A stretch of DNA of 64,000 nucleotides, from positions 192,001 to 256,000 of the forward strand of contig CAVSHR010000004.1 in the NCBI GenBank assembly GCA_963727625.1, written 5' to 3'. The stretch's first letter is position 1. Every line of letters begins with the position of its first letter. This document shows positions 9,479 to 19,370 of this stretch, piece by piece. The notes under the pieces were generated by a model. That model ran no database searches and was not told where the DNA came from. It was given only the letters and a program-made list of their open reading frames with translations. The stretch comes from an uncultured delta proteobacterium. Lineage in GTDB: Bacteria; Desulfobacterota; Binatia; UBA9968. The position numbers and the translations under genes are program-made.

Positions 9479-10951
9479 CTAGCGGCGCGCCCCAGCGCGT
9501 TTTTCCAGGGCCAAACTGAATCCGGGCTTGCGCACGTGGATTCGGCTGCAGTCGCGCCGGCGGGTCAGCTCTTCGATCAGCGCCATCAGCGGATTATGCC
9601 CATCGCGGTATTCCTTCGGCGCGCCGGCCGCACGCATGGCGTCGAAATCCTCGTTGCCGGCGACATAGCGCATCAGCAGCTCATCGTCGTCTAAGCCGGG
9701 GCCGCCGAGTTTGTTGCGAACTTCGGTAAGCGTAGGCTGCGGCGGCTCCCAGTTGGTGAATTCTTTGGCGCGCGCCCGGTCGAGGATCTTCGCCTTGACG
9801 GCCGGGTCGACTTCCGACGCCGCTTCGCCGCCCCAGAGCCCGACCGCATACTGAATGACCTGATCGGTGACCTGGAGATAACGCTCGCCCTTGATCACGT
9901 TGATCGCTGCCTGGCTGCCGACGAACTGAGAGAACGGCGTGACCATGATCGGGTAGCCCAGATCTTTCCTCACTTGCACGGCCTCTTCCAGGACTTCAGG
10001 CAGGCGATGCAGCAATCCCAGATTTTGCAGCTGAAAGCGCAGATTGGAAATCATGCCGCCCGGTACTTGATGCACATATTGGCTGTAATCGTATTCCACC
10101 GGCGCGCCGATGGGCATGTTCTCCAACTTGGCAAAAAACGTTAAGTCCTTTTCCACCGAGCCGAGCGCCGCTTCGTCGATGACCGGAGAGTAGCCGAGCG
10201 CTCGGGAATTTTGCGCCACGTTGAACACCGAAGGGTTCGACGACGCATTGGCGAGCGGCGGCACCGAGGTATCGATGATCCCGACGCCAAGTTTGATCGC
10301 TTCGAGGGCGCACAGAGGACCTAGCCCGGTGGTGCAATGAACATGCAGTTCGATAGGAAAATTCGGCGCTTCTTTCTGAATCACCTTGACCAGGGCGATG
10401 GTGCGCTCGGGCGTGAGCAATCCGCCCGGATCTTTCAGACAAATAAAGTCGGGTGTCAATGCGGCCGCCTGGCGCGCTTTGCGCCCGTAGTAGGCATCGG
10501 TATGTTTGGGCGAAACCGAAACGATTAAATTAAGCACCGTGCCCAGGCCGTTGCGCTTGGCGCGCTCGACCGACTTCTTCCAGCCTTCCGGATCATTGGC
10601 CGGATCGGAGATGCGCAACTGCTTCATGCCGTTGGCGACCATGCGCTCGAACCATAGATCGACCACCGAATTCGGGGTCAGCTCGAAGGCGCTGATGCGC
10701 TCGGCGCCGATGGCGCGCAGCGGCGTCCTGGTGATTTGTTTCGCCACCCGGCGCATGCGCTCGAAGGGGTCTTCGCGCAGCTCGCGCACGCATTTCTTGA
10801 TGTGGCTCGAAGCGATCAGCTCGATGGCTTGGAAGCCGGCGTTATCGATGCGATCGGCCACGGCGAGCATCATGCCGGTGCGCATGTTTTCGGCCCACAA
10901 ACTGGCCTGGCCATCGCGCAACGTGGTATCGACAAATTTGACTTCACTCAT
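9479..10951 (-). CDS. Stand-alone carboxyltransferase of the pyruvate carboxylase B / oxaloacetate decarboxylase alpha family (no biotinyl domain)
   Basis: DTTLRDGQAS, CLKDPGG, HVH metal ligands, HQVPGGMISN, GYPIMVTPFSQFVG. Confidence 0.88.
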   Translation of the reverse strand: MSEVKFVDTTLRDGQASLWAENMRTGMMLAVADRIDNAGFQAIELIASSHIKKCVRELREDPFERMRRVAKQITRTPLRAIGAERISAFELTPNSVVDLWFERMVANGMKQLRISDPANDPEGWKKSVERAKRNGLGTVLNLIVSVSPKHTDAYYGRKARQAAALTPDFICLKDPGGLLTPERTIALVKVIQKEAPNFPIELHVHCTTGLGPLCALEAIKLGVGIIDTSVPPLANASSNPSVFNVAQNSRALGYSPVIDEAALGSVEKDLTFFAKLENMPIGAPVEYDYSQYVHQVPGGMISNLRFQLQNLGLLHRLPEVLEEAVQVRKDLGYPIMVTPFSQFVGSQAAINVIKGERYLQVTDQVIQYAVGLWGGEAASEVDPAVKAKILDRARAKEFTNWEPPQPTLTEVRNKLGGPGLDDDELLMRYVAGNEDFDAMRAAGAPKEYRDGHNPLMALIEELTRRRDCSRIHVRKPGFSLALEKRAGARR

Positions 10952-10971
10952 CCCAGTCTACTCGGTTGTAA

Positions 10972-11047
10972 TCACCGCGGAGACGCAGCGTTCACAGAGA
11001 TTCCATCACATACGCTTAGCTCCGCGTGCTCGGTGCCTCCGCGGTGA
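10972..11047. repeat. REP-like extragenic palindrome
   Basis: TCACCGCGGAG...CTCCGCGGTGA inverted arms between accC and the carboxyltransferase. Confidence 0.6.
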
Positions 11048-11084
11048 GCTATCTTATTTTTCACGGGCGATCATCCTTTCGCAT

Positions 11085-12452
11085 TTATCCGGGTTGCGCC
11101 GCCGGGTACTCTTCGAGTTTTTTTTCCAACCAGCGGGTGTTGACGGCGCCGGCTCGGTATTCGGGGTCGGCGATGACGGTTTCTAAAAATGGAATAAGAG
11201 TGTCGATGCCGCTGACGTGAAAGTCCTGCAAGGCTTTCATCATGTGATCGGCGGCCTCCTGGCGCGTGCCGGCGTGGACGATCAATTTGGCCAGCAGCGA
11301 GTCGTAGTAAGGCGGCACGAAATAGCCCGGGTAGCAGTGGGTATCGAGACGGATCCCTTGCCCCGTCGGTCCCTGCCATTTGGCAATCCGGCCGGGGCAG
11401 GGGCGAAAGCCATGCTGCGGTGACTCGGCGTTGATGCGGCATTCGATGGCGTGGCCGGTGAAATTGATGTCTGCCTGCTTATAGGACAGAGTTTCACCGC
11501 GCGCGATCAGAAGTTGCTGCTGCACCAGATCGACGCCGGTGATCATCTCGGTCACCGGGTGCTCGACTTGGATGCGCGTGTTCATTTCGAGAAAATAAAA
11601 TTCCGCCGTGTCGTTGTCGTAGATGAACTCGATGGTGCCGGCGCTACGGTAGCCGATACTCCGCGCCAGGGTCGCCGCGGCATTGCAGATCTTGGCGCGG
11701 ACCTCGGGCGGCACGGCGTAAGCCGGCGCTTCTTCGACGATCTTCTGGTGACGGCGCTGCAGAGAACAATCACGCTCACCCAAGTGAATCACATGGCCAT
11801 GCTGGTCGCCGAGGATTTGCACTTCGATGTGGCGCGCATTGCCGACGTATTTCTCCATGTACAGGGTATCGTTACCGAAGGCGGCGCGGGCCTCGGCCGC
11901 GGCCACGCGAAAGGTGTTTTCCATTTCACCCGGGTTCCAGACCAGTTTAATTCCGCGGCCGCCGCCACCCGCCGAAGCCTTGAGCAGGAGCGGGTAACCG
12001 ATCTGTTCGGCGAGCCGGGCCGCCTCATGGGGGTTCTTCGCGTGGTCCGATCCCGGCACCAGCGGCACGCCGGCACCGCGCGCGATTTTGCGCGCTTCGA
12101 GCTTGTCTCCCATCATCGTGATGTTCTCAGCGCTGGGGCCGACGAAGGTAATTCTATTCTCGGCGCAGGCTTCGGGCAGGGCTGCGCGCTCGGCCAAAAA
12201 TCCGTAGCCGGGATGGATCGCGTCGCAGCCGGTGCCTTGGGCGGCGGTGATCAAGTTTTCCACTTTCAAGTAACTGTCGGTGGACCGCGCGGGACCGATG
12301 CAGACGGCGCGATTGGCCAGCTTGGCGGCCAAACTCTCGCGGTCGGCATCGGAAACCGCGGCGACCGTTTCGATCCCCAAACTTTGACAGGCGCGAATGA
12401 TTCTGACGGCGATCTCGCCGCGGTTGGCGACTAAGACGCGGGTGACACTCAT
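11085..12452 (-). CDS. accC: Biotin carboxylase
   Basis: VLVANRGEIA, IHPGYGFLAE, KASAGGGGRG, ERDCSLQRRHQK, EMNTRIQVEHPVTE, ECRINAE, YYDSLLAK. Confidence 0.95.
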   Translation of the reverse strand: MSVTRVLVANRGEIAVRIIRACQSLGIETVAAVSDADRESLAAKLANRAVCIGPARSTDSYLKVENLITAAQGTGCDAIHPGYGFLAERAALPEACAENRITFVGPSAENITMMGDKLEARKIARGAGVPLVPGSDHAKNPHEAARLAEQIGYPLLLKASAGGGGRGIKLVWNPGEMENTFRVAAAEARAAFGNDTLYMEKYVGNARHIEVQILGDQHGHVIHLGERDCSLQRRHQKIVEEAPAYAVPPEVRAKICNAAATLARSIGYRSAGTIEFIYDNDTAEFYFLEMNTRIQVEHPVTEMITGVDLVQQQLLIARGETLSYKQADINFTGHAIECRINAESPQHGFRPCPGRIAKWQGPTGQGIRLDTHCYPGYFVPPYYDSLLAKLIVHAGTRQEAADHMMKALQDFHVSGIDTLIPFLETVIADPEYRAGAVNTRWLEKKLEEYPAAQPG

Positions 12453-12472
12453 GGGTACTCCCGAAATGAAAC

Positions 12473-12499
12473 AGGGGCGGGTCTAAAACCCGCCCCTAC
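12473..12499 (-). repeat. GTAG-type REP palindrome
   Basis: Reverse complement is GTAGGGGCGGGTTTTAGACCCGCCCCT. Confidence 0.7.
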
Positions 12500-12557
12500 A
12501 AATAAAGAACGAAACTTGCGAGATTCAATCGACACGTCGCACAGATCAGAAACCGCC

Positions 12558-13040
12558 CTACGGTTTGACGATGAACAAGGTCTGGCCGAACTCGACGAAC
12601 TGCCCGTTTTGCGCCACCACTTCGACGATTGTGCCGCTGACAGTGGCGCGCACGCTGTTAAAAACTTTCATGACTTCGACCAAGCCGACCGTGGTGTCTT
12701 CGGTAATCTGCTGGCCCGCTTTAACGAAGGGCGGGGCGCCGGGCTCGGGAGCGACGTAGAAGGTGCCGAGCAGCGGCGCCGTGATCGGCACCATGCCTTC
12801 GGGAATCGCCGCCGGCTTGGCTGCCGGCGCTGCCGCTGTCGCAGGTGCCGCGACCGGCGCCGCTTTGGCGGCAGTGGGCGCCGGGATCACCGCCGCAGGT
12901 TGGGCGGCGCCGGCAATCGGGATAGGCTCCCCTTTGCTCACGGTGATTTTTAATTCGCCGACTTCGAGTTGGAAATAATCGAACTTCGACTCGTCGATGA
13001 GTTTCAATATATGCAAGACGTCATCTTCACTGAGTTCCAT
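12558..13040 (-). CDS. accB: Biotin carboxyl carrier protein
   Basis: Ala/Pro-rich linker, APLLGTFY, EVMKV biotinylation motif, VEFGQ. Confidence 0.93.
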   Translation of the reverse strand: MELSEDDVLHILKLIDESKFDYFQLEVGELKITVSKGEPIPIAGAAQPAAVIPAPTAAKAAPVAAPATAAAPAAKPAAIPEGMVPITAPLLGTFYVAPEPGAPPFVKAGQQITEDTTVGLVEVMKVFNSVRATVSGTIVEVVAQNGQFVEFGQTLFIVKP

Positions 13041-13114
13041 GGGCTCGCCTTCCTCACGGTTGATTGGTTTTATCTCTTATGTGATTTCCCGGAGCTTGGC
13101 AAATTCTCGAAGAA

Positions 13115-14716
13115 TTATTGCTGCTCCGCCGGGCGCACATGGCGCAGATCCATGCGCGCCATCGAGTTGTACTCCAGGCCGGTGAATTTCGGACTGAGCA
13201 GGGTGCCTTCGGCAATCCAATAGAGCGGCACGATGGCGGCGTCGGTTTCGGTAAGCAGTTTTTGCGCTTCATCGTAGAGGGCCACGCGCTTGGCGGGATC
13301 GCTTTCGCGCGCCGCCTGATCGAGCAATCGATCGTAGTTTGGATTTTTCCAGCGGCCGTTATTGTTACCGCTGTCGGAGGTAAAAAGCTTCATGAAGTTG
13401 TCGGGGTCGGGGTAGTCGGCGCCCCAACCGGAGCGGAACACGGGAAAAGGATCGTTCTGCAGTTTATTCAAAAATATCTTCCACTCTTGGTTTTCGATCT
13501 TGACTACAACCCCCAGGTGCGTTTGCCACATGCTCTGGACCGCCTCGGCGACCAATTTTTTTTCCTCGTCGGTGTTGTAGCCGAGCACGATGGGCGGCAA
13601 CCCCTTGCCTTCGGGATAGCCGGCGTCGGCGAGCAGGCGGCGCGCTTTTTCCGGATTAAAACTCAAACCGATCTTGGGATTATGCGCGAGCATGCCGGGC
13701 GGGATCCACGAGGTTGCCGGTAGCCGGCCGCCCTGAAGAATGTGAGGAAAGACCTCGCGGTCGATGGCCATTGCAAACGCTCGCCTTAGTTGAGGGTTAT
13801 CGAAAGGTTTGCGATCGACGGCGAAGGCATAGTACTCGCCGCGCAATTGTGGCACCAGTTTGTAGCCCGGCATTTTTGCCAAGCGCGGTTTCTCCAGCGC
13901 CGGTATGCTGTGAGTCTCGTCGATGAAATCGAGCCGGTCCTGCTCGAACATCGCCAGCGCCGTGGTCTTTTCATTGACCATGTACATCGTCACGCTGTCG
14001 AGCGGCGGCTTGCCGCGAAAAAAATCGGCGTTGGCACCAAGCTCGATTTCGTTCTCATGCTTCCACGAGACCAGGCGGAAGGGGCCGTTGGTGATAATAT
14101 TTCCCGGATCCGTCCAGCGGTTGCCGAACTTTTCGATGACGTCCTGACGTTGCGGGTAGGTAACTTCGAACGTAGTGATGGCGAGAAAATAGGATGCGGG
14201 GTGACGCAGCGTAACCACCAGCGTATGGTCGTCCTGCGCGTGGACGCCGACCGTTGACGCATCTTTGATTTTCCCCTCGTTGAATTTTTGCGCGTCGACA
14301 AGGTCGAAGAGAGTATAGGCGTATTGCGAAGCGGTTTTGGGATCGAGCAGGCGTATCCACGAGTATTCAAAATCCTGGGCCCTGACAATCTTACCGTCGA
14401 TCCACTTCACATCGTCGCGCAGGTGAAAAACGATCTTTTTGCCGCCCTCCAGGACCTCCCAGGACTTGGCGATCACCGGCGCGGGTTTTAAGTCTTTGTC
14501 GAATTCCGTGAGACCGATCATCAAATTCGAAATCACGTTGAACGACACATGATCGGTGGCCAGAGACCAGTCCAGGCTCGGCGGCTCGGTACCGAGATTG
14601 ACGCGAAAATGGCTTGCGCCGCCCTCTGGCGGCGTGGATTTGCAAGCGCCCAGTAGGGCGCTGAACGCCAGCGCCAAGAGACAAAGCAGTGCGCGGGATT
14701 TTCCTGGAGGTAACAA
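13115..14716 (-). CDS. oppA: Oligopeptide ABC transporter substrate-binding lipoprotein
   Basis: Lipobox LLGAC, EPPSLD, NGPFRL, RRAFAMAIDRE, GWGADYPDPDNF. Confidence 0.92.
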   Translation of the reverse strand: MLPPGKSRALLCLLALAFSALLGACKSTPPEGGASHFRVNLGTEPPSLDWSLATDHVSFNVISNLMIGLTEFDKDLKPAPVIAKSWEVLEGGKKIVFHLRDDVKWIDGKIVRAQDFEYSWIRLLDPKTASQYAYTLFDLVDAQKFNEGKIKDASTVGVHAQDDHTLVVTLRHPASYFLAITTFEVTYPQRQDVIEKFGNRWTDPGNIITNGPFRLVSWKHENEIELGANADFFRGKPPLDSVTMYMVNEKTTALAMFEQDRLDFIDETHSIPALEKPRLAKMPGYKLVPQLRGEYYAFAVDRKPFDNPQLRRAFAMAIDREVFPHILQGGRLPATSWIPPGMLAHNPKIGLSFNPEKARRLLADAGYPEGKGLPPIVLGYNTDEEKKLVAEAVQSMWQTHLGVVVKIENQEWKIFLNKLQNDPFPVFRSGWGADYPDPDNFMKLFTSDSGNNNGRWKNPNYDRLLDQAARESDPAKRVALYDEAQKLLTETDAAIVPLYWIAEGTLLSPKFTGLEYNSMARMDLRHVRPAEQQ

Positions 14717-14801
14717 GTGCTTTTCAAACTTGCTTGAAAGAGGTTTAGCCGGTATTAGTACTCCAATAACTCCGCACCTTCAAGAAAGAGACTCGTTGAC
14801 T

Positions 14802-15833
14802 ATGGATGCAAAAGATTTGGTGATGAACAGCTTGGTGATCGAGGGTCATCGGGACGTTTACGAGCAGCTCTATCGAACCTCCCTTGGGGAAAAATCGCCG
14901 ATCCGCGACGCCGTGGCACCGCGTCTGATGCGCGACGGCATTAATATGACCGTCTACGCGATCAGCGGCGACTCCTATTCCCACTCGCAAAACACCGGGC
15001 GCTATTTGGAAACCGCGCTGGATCAAATCGATCAGTTTCTCGAGGAGGCGCCGCGCTCGGAGGGAATGATCCAGATGGTCAAGACCCGCGGCGATCTCCC
15101 GGAAAAAGCCGAGCCGGGAACCGTTAAATTTTTGCTGCACTTCGAGGGCTGCATGCCGCTGCGCGGCAGCATTCATAATCTCAGAAATTTCTACCGCCTC
15201 GGGCTGCGCTCGCTGCAGCCGGTATGGAATTTTCGCAATGAGCTCGGCGACGGTGTGTGGGAGAACCGCACCGGCGGCGGGCTGACCCATTTCGGCGTAG
15301 CAGTGATCAAAGAAGCGAATCGCCTGGGCATGGTCGTCGATCTCTCGCATATGAACCGCGAGGGCTTCTTTCAAGCCCTGGACGCCGCCACTGCGCCGCT
15401 TTTGGTTAGCCACGCCAACGCCTGCGGCATGCTCGACAATGCGCGCAATCTCGCCGACGATCAGATCAAGGCGATCGCCAATCAAGGCGGCCTGGTCGGC
15501 ATCCTGGCGTTGCCCGAGCGCGTCGGCAAAGGCGAGGTTGGGATCGACGACATGCTCAAACACATGGACTACATGATCAAGCTCGTCGGCATCGAGCACC
15601 TCGCGCTGGGCATGGATTTCGTCAAATACGACGGACCGCGCACGCTCAAGGACCGCCACCATCCGCTGCACAAGGACCCGCTGATCAAGGGCTTCGAAGA
15701 AATCGAAGATCTGCCCAATCTGATCGACGGCTTGCAGCGCCATGGCTACAAAGACGAAGAAATTCAATTGATCCTCGGCGGCAATTATCTGCGGGTGTTG
15801 AAGACGGTCCTACCGGAGCAGTCGGTGATTTGA
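14802..15833 (+). CDS. Membrane dipeptidase family (peptidase M19)
   Basis: GHRD, HFEG, GLTHFG, VDLSH, VSHAN, RNLADDQI, LGMDF, GGNYLRV; start moved to ATG 14802 to avoid overlapping oppA. Confidence 0.88.
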   Translation: MDAKDLVMNSLVIEGHRDVYEQLYRTSLGEKSPIRDAVAPRLMRDGINMTVYAISGDSYSHSQNTGRYLETALDQIDQFLEEAPRSEGMIQMVKTRGDLPEKAEPGTVKFLLHFEGCMPLRGSIHNLRNFYRLGLRSLQPVWNFRNELGDGVWENRTGGGLTHFGVAVIKEANRLGMVVDLSHMNREGFFQALDAATAPLLVSHANACGMLDNARNLADDQIKAIANQGGLVGILALPERVGKGEVGIDDMLKHMDYMIKLVGIEHLALGMDFVKYDGPRTLKDRHHPLHKDPLIKGFEEIEDLPNLIDGLQRHGYKDEEIQLILGGNYLRVLKTVLPEQSVI

Positions 15834-15884
15834 CTGGTCTCCCGATTGGCAAAATGCGTCCTCAAGCGTTTCCCCAGACCTGTA

Positions 15885-15981
15885 CTCTCCCCCTTGACGG
15901 GGGAGAGTTAGAGAGGGGGCGTTGGATGGTGCTCCGAAGATTCACCCCCATCCTCGCCGTCCCCCGTCGCGGGGGAAGGGA
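15885..15981. repeat. Palindromic CTCTCCCCC..GGGGGAGAG-type repeat doublet
   Basis: CTCTCCCCCTTGACGGGGGAGAG followed by the inverted unit TCCCCCGTCGCGGGGGAAGGGA. Confidence 0.65.
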
Positions 15982-16062
15982 TAGGCCCGCGCACACAGTC
16001 GATTCAATATTCGCGACCATCCGCTTTCCTCAGTCGTGTCGCGCGGAAGAAAATCATTTCTC

Positions 16063-18327
16063 ATGACAGTAGGGGTCTCCGTGCCGCGCATCGACGGCAT
16101 CGAAAAAGTCACCGGCGCGGCAAAGTTCACCGGCGATCTTGCCATGCCGGGCTCGCTCGAATGCAAGGTGCTGCGCAGTCCGTTGCCGCATGCGATCATC
16201 GAATCCATCGATACCCGGAAGGCCGAGTCGCTCCGGGGCGTGGTCGGGATTTTAACCCGCGATGATCTCAAAGACATCGATCCCTATTACGGCAATTGCC
16301 TGCGCGATCGAGCGGTGGTGGCGATGGATCGGGTGCGCTTCGTGGGCGAGCCGGTGGCGGTGGTCGCTGCCGAAGATGGACTGACCGCCGAAGAGGCTTT
16401 GTCGCTGATCGAAGTGCGCTACCGCGAATTGCCCTGCATCGCCGACATCGACGCGGCCCTGGCGCAAGGGGCGCCGCGCTTGCATGAGCAATTTGCCAAC
16501 GCCGGGGAATTCCATGACGTGGCCGGCGTGGGCGAAAACTTCGGCGGCAATATTTGTCATCGCGAGCAGTTCGTCAAAGGCGACCCGGACACCGCCTTTT
16601 GCCAGGCCGATGAAATCATCGAGGAGACTTTCGAATTTCCGATGATCTACCAATACTCGATGGAGCCGCACACAGCGGTAGCTCGGTTTGCTTCGGCCGG
16701 CATCAGACTGTGGAGTTCCTCGGCCCATCCCTTTTTGGTGCGCGCCGAGATCGCCCACATGTTTGGCTTGCCTCACTCCAAAGTCGAGGTCATCGTGCCG
16801 TACGTCGGCGGCGCCTACGGCAGCAAATCCTATTTCAAGATTGAACCGCTGGCGGTTGCCATGGCGCGCAAGACCGGCGGCAGGCCGGTGCGCGTGGTGC
16901 AAAGTGTGGCCGAAGCCATGCTGACGACACGGCGCCACTCGGCGCGGGTGCGCATCAAGACCGGCGTCAAACGGGACGGCAGGCTGGCCGCGCGCGAGGC
17001 GGAAGTGTTGATGGATACCGGCGCCTACGCCGACAACGGGCCGCGCGTGGCGAAGCGGGCGATCAGCCGCATGCTCGGGCCCTATCGCTTGGATCACTGC
17101 AAGGTCAATGTTTTGGCAATCTACACGAACACCGTGCCGGCGGGGTCGATGCGCTCGATCGGCGGACCGCAGACGATCTGGGCGTTGGAATCGCACATGG
17201 ACACGATCGCCGATCGCCTGGGCATCGACCCGTTGGAATATCGTCTGCAAAATCTTCTGCGCCGCGGCGATGTGCTAAAACCCGGCGCCACGGCGATCGA
17301 CGCCGATTTATGCGCAGGCACTCAGGCCGCGGTGAATCCATTGAACTGGACAAGCGCAATTCATCATGACGGCGGAGCGTTCGGGGTCGCCGTTGGGGTG
17401 TCGGATTCGGAAGCGATGCCGGTGTCGGTGGCTTTGGTCCGTTTGCTCGCCGACGGCAGCGTGATTTTGAGCGCCGGCACCACCGAAGTCGGTCAGGGCG
17501 CGCGGACGATCTTGGCGCAGATTGTCGCCCAGGAATTGGCAATACCGGTCGAGCGCGTGTCGATGCAAGGAACCGATACCCGCACTACGCCGTTCGACCG
17601 CTCGACCGGCGCAAGCCGTTCGACGACAGTCATGGGCAGCGCCGTCAAAGCCGCAGCCGAAGATCTGTGCCAGCAATTAGTCACCGCCGCCGCTGAGGTT
17701 TTCCACGCGAACACGAGCACGATCACGTTGAATGACGGCGGAGTTTGTTCGGCAAACAAGCGGCTCAGTTTCAGCAAATTAGTCAGCGCGCACTTCGGCA
17801 TGCCCGGCGGCGAATTTATCGGCCGCGGCACCATGCGCCCGAGCGCCGGTCTGGGCTCGACCTTTCCGCTGTTTTGGGAAACCGGCATGGGCGCGGCGGC
17901 GATCCAGGTCGACCGTGACACGGGCGCCATCAGAGTCGACCAGTACGTCACCGTGGCCGATGTCGGCAAAGCGATCAACCCGCAGCAGGCCGAAGGGCAG
18001 GACGAAGGCGCGGCGATTCAAGGATTGGGCGCGACCTTGTTCGAGTCGCTGATCTACGAGCAGGGCCAAGCGCTGAACGCGAATCTGATCGACTATCGCG
18101 TGCCCAGGTTTACCGACTTGCCGGATGATTTCAAATCCGCCTTGATCGAGAACGGCGATGGTCCCGGCCCCTACGGCGCCAAGGGTATGGGCGAATCGGG
18201 CATCGTCTCGGTGGCGCCAGCGGTGGGCAACGCGCTTTATCGCGCCACCGGCGCGCGCGTGCGCGAGTTGCCGCTGACCCCGGAGCGAGTGTGGCACGCG
18301 CTTAAAAAACTTAAACCACATCCCTAG
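16063..18327 (+). CDS. Xanthine dehydrogenase/aldehyde oxidoreductase family molybdopterin-binding subunit (copy 1)
   Basis: RIDGIEKVTG, LRSPLPHA, GGAYGSK, GAYAD, GQG, GAKGMGE. Confidence 0.92.
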   Translation: MTVGVSVPRIDGIEKVTGAAKFTGDLAMPGSLECKVLRSPLPHAIIESIDTRKAESLRGVVGILTRDDLKDIDPYYGNCLRDRAVVAMDRVRFVGEPVAVVAAEDGLTAEEALSLIEVRYRELPCIADIDAALAQGAPRLHEQFANAGEFHDVAGVGENFGGNICHREQFVKGDPDTAFCQADEIIEETFEFPMIYQYSMEPHTAVARFASAGIRLWSSSAHPFLVRAEIAHMFGLPHSKVEVIVPYVGGAYGSKSYFKIEPLAVAMARKTGGRPVRVVQSVAEAMLTTRRHSARVRIKTGVKRDGRLAAREAEVLMDTGAYADNGPRVAKRAISRMLGPYRLDHCKVNVLAIYTNTVPAGSMRSIGGPQTIWALESHMDTIADRLGIDPLEYRLQNLLRRGDVLKPGATAIDADLCAGTQAAVNPLNWTSAIHHDGGAFGVAVGVSDSEAMPVSVALVRLLADGSVILSAGTTEVGQGARTILAQIVAQELAIPVERVSMQGTDTRTTPFDRSTGASRSTTVMGSAVKAAAEDLCQQLVTAAAEVFHANTSTITLNDGGVCSANKRLSFSKLVSAHFGMPGGEFIGRGTMRPSAGLGSTFPLFWETGMGAAAIQVDRDTGAIRVDQYVTVADVGKAINPQQAEGQDEGAAIQGLGATLFESLIYEQGQALNANLIDYRVPRFTDLPDDFKSALIENGDGPGPYGAKGMGESGIVSVAPAVGNALYRATGARVRELPLTPERVWHALKKLKPHP

Positions 18328-18337
18328 AAATCACCCC

Positions 18338-19345
18338 ATGAAGTTTTGCGTCCAGCTCAATCCCCAAGTGGCCGTCGACAAACCCGGCGAATCTTTGATG
18401 CAGACCCTGATCGAACAGGTTCGCGTCGCCGACGCCGTCGGCTTCGACGCCTTTTCCATGGGCGATCACCATAACATTCCCGGTTTGCAGCGGCTTAACC
18501 AAGTTCCGGCCCTGGCGCGTTTATGCGCCGAGGCGAAACACTGCGCGGTCGGCACCGCCGTGATGCTGCTCGGCCTGCGCCATCCGGTCACGGTCGCAAG
18601 TGAGTTGGCCAGCCTCGATGTCCTTAATGGCGGCAAATCTTTCTTTGCATTCGGTTTGGGCTATCGTGACGAGGAGCTCAACGCTTTCAACCTGACCAGG
18701 AGCCAGCGCTTCCATCGCTTCATCGAGGGCGTCGAAATCATCAAGCGACTCTGGACCGAAGACAACGTGAGCTTCGACGGGAAAGTTTTCAAGCTGAAGC
18801 ATGTGACCGTCGATCCCAAGCCGATACAAAAACCGCGCCCGCCGATCTGGCTTGCCGCGAATACCGACATCGCGGTTCAGCGCGCGGCCAAACTCGGCGA
18901 TGGTTGGTTGATCGGGCCGCACTCGGCTATCGACGAGCTCGATCGGCAAGTGCAGCTATGCCGGAGCGCGTGGACCGGCGCCGGTAAAGCCGGCGCGCCA
19001 CAGACACCGATCATCCGTGAAACCTTTGTCGCCGATAGCAGGAAAGAAGCCGTCGAAAAAGCCCGCCCCTGTTTAGAGCATCTCTATCGGGGCATCTACG
19101 TCAAGTGGAAACAGAACGAGGCGATGAAGGATCCCGGCGAGCTGAGTTGGGCTTTTGATAAGCTGGCCAAAGGCCGCTTCATCCTCGGCTCGCCATCTGA
19201 GTGTATCGAGCAAATTCATGAATATGAGGAACGGTTGGGGCTATCCTATATGCTGCCGAGATTCGACTGGACGCCGGGCTTGCCTCACGATGAAATTCTC
19301 GCTTCAATGCGCTTATTCGGCGAAAAGGTGATTCAAAGACTCTAG
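18338..19345 (+). CDS. Luciferase-like (LLM) flavin-dependent oxidoreductase
   Basis: GFDAFSMGDHH, HPVTVASELASLD, GLGYR, PKPIQKPRPPIW, GSPSECIEQI. Confidence 0.9.
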   Translation: MKFCVQLNPQVAVDKPGESLMQTLIEQVRVADAVGFDAFSMGDHHNIPGLQRLNQVPALARLCAEAKHCAVGTAVMLLGLRHPVTVASELASLDVLNGGKSFFAFGLGYRDEELNAFNLTRSQRFHRFIEGVEIIKRLWTEDNVSFDGKVFKLKHVTVDPKPIQKPRPPIWLAANTDIAVQRAAKLGDGWLIGPHSAIDELDRQVQLCRSAWTGAGKAGAPQTPIIRETFVADSRKEAVEKARPCLEHLYRGIYVKWKQNEAMKDPGELSWAFDKLAKGRFILGSPSECIEQIHEYEERLGLSYMLPRFDWTPGLPHDEILASMRLFGEKVIQRL

Positions 19346-19370
19346 GCTCAAATAGCAAGGAAGGGCGGTA

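Noticed and set aside
14556-14801. N-terminal extension of the dipeptidase ORF (also extensions on pyrR, pyrB, carA, dus, maf and the FAD protein)
   Set aside because: These overlap neighbouring genes or leaders; family homology begins at downstream ATGs
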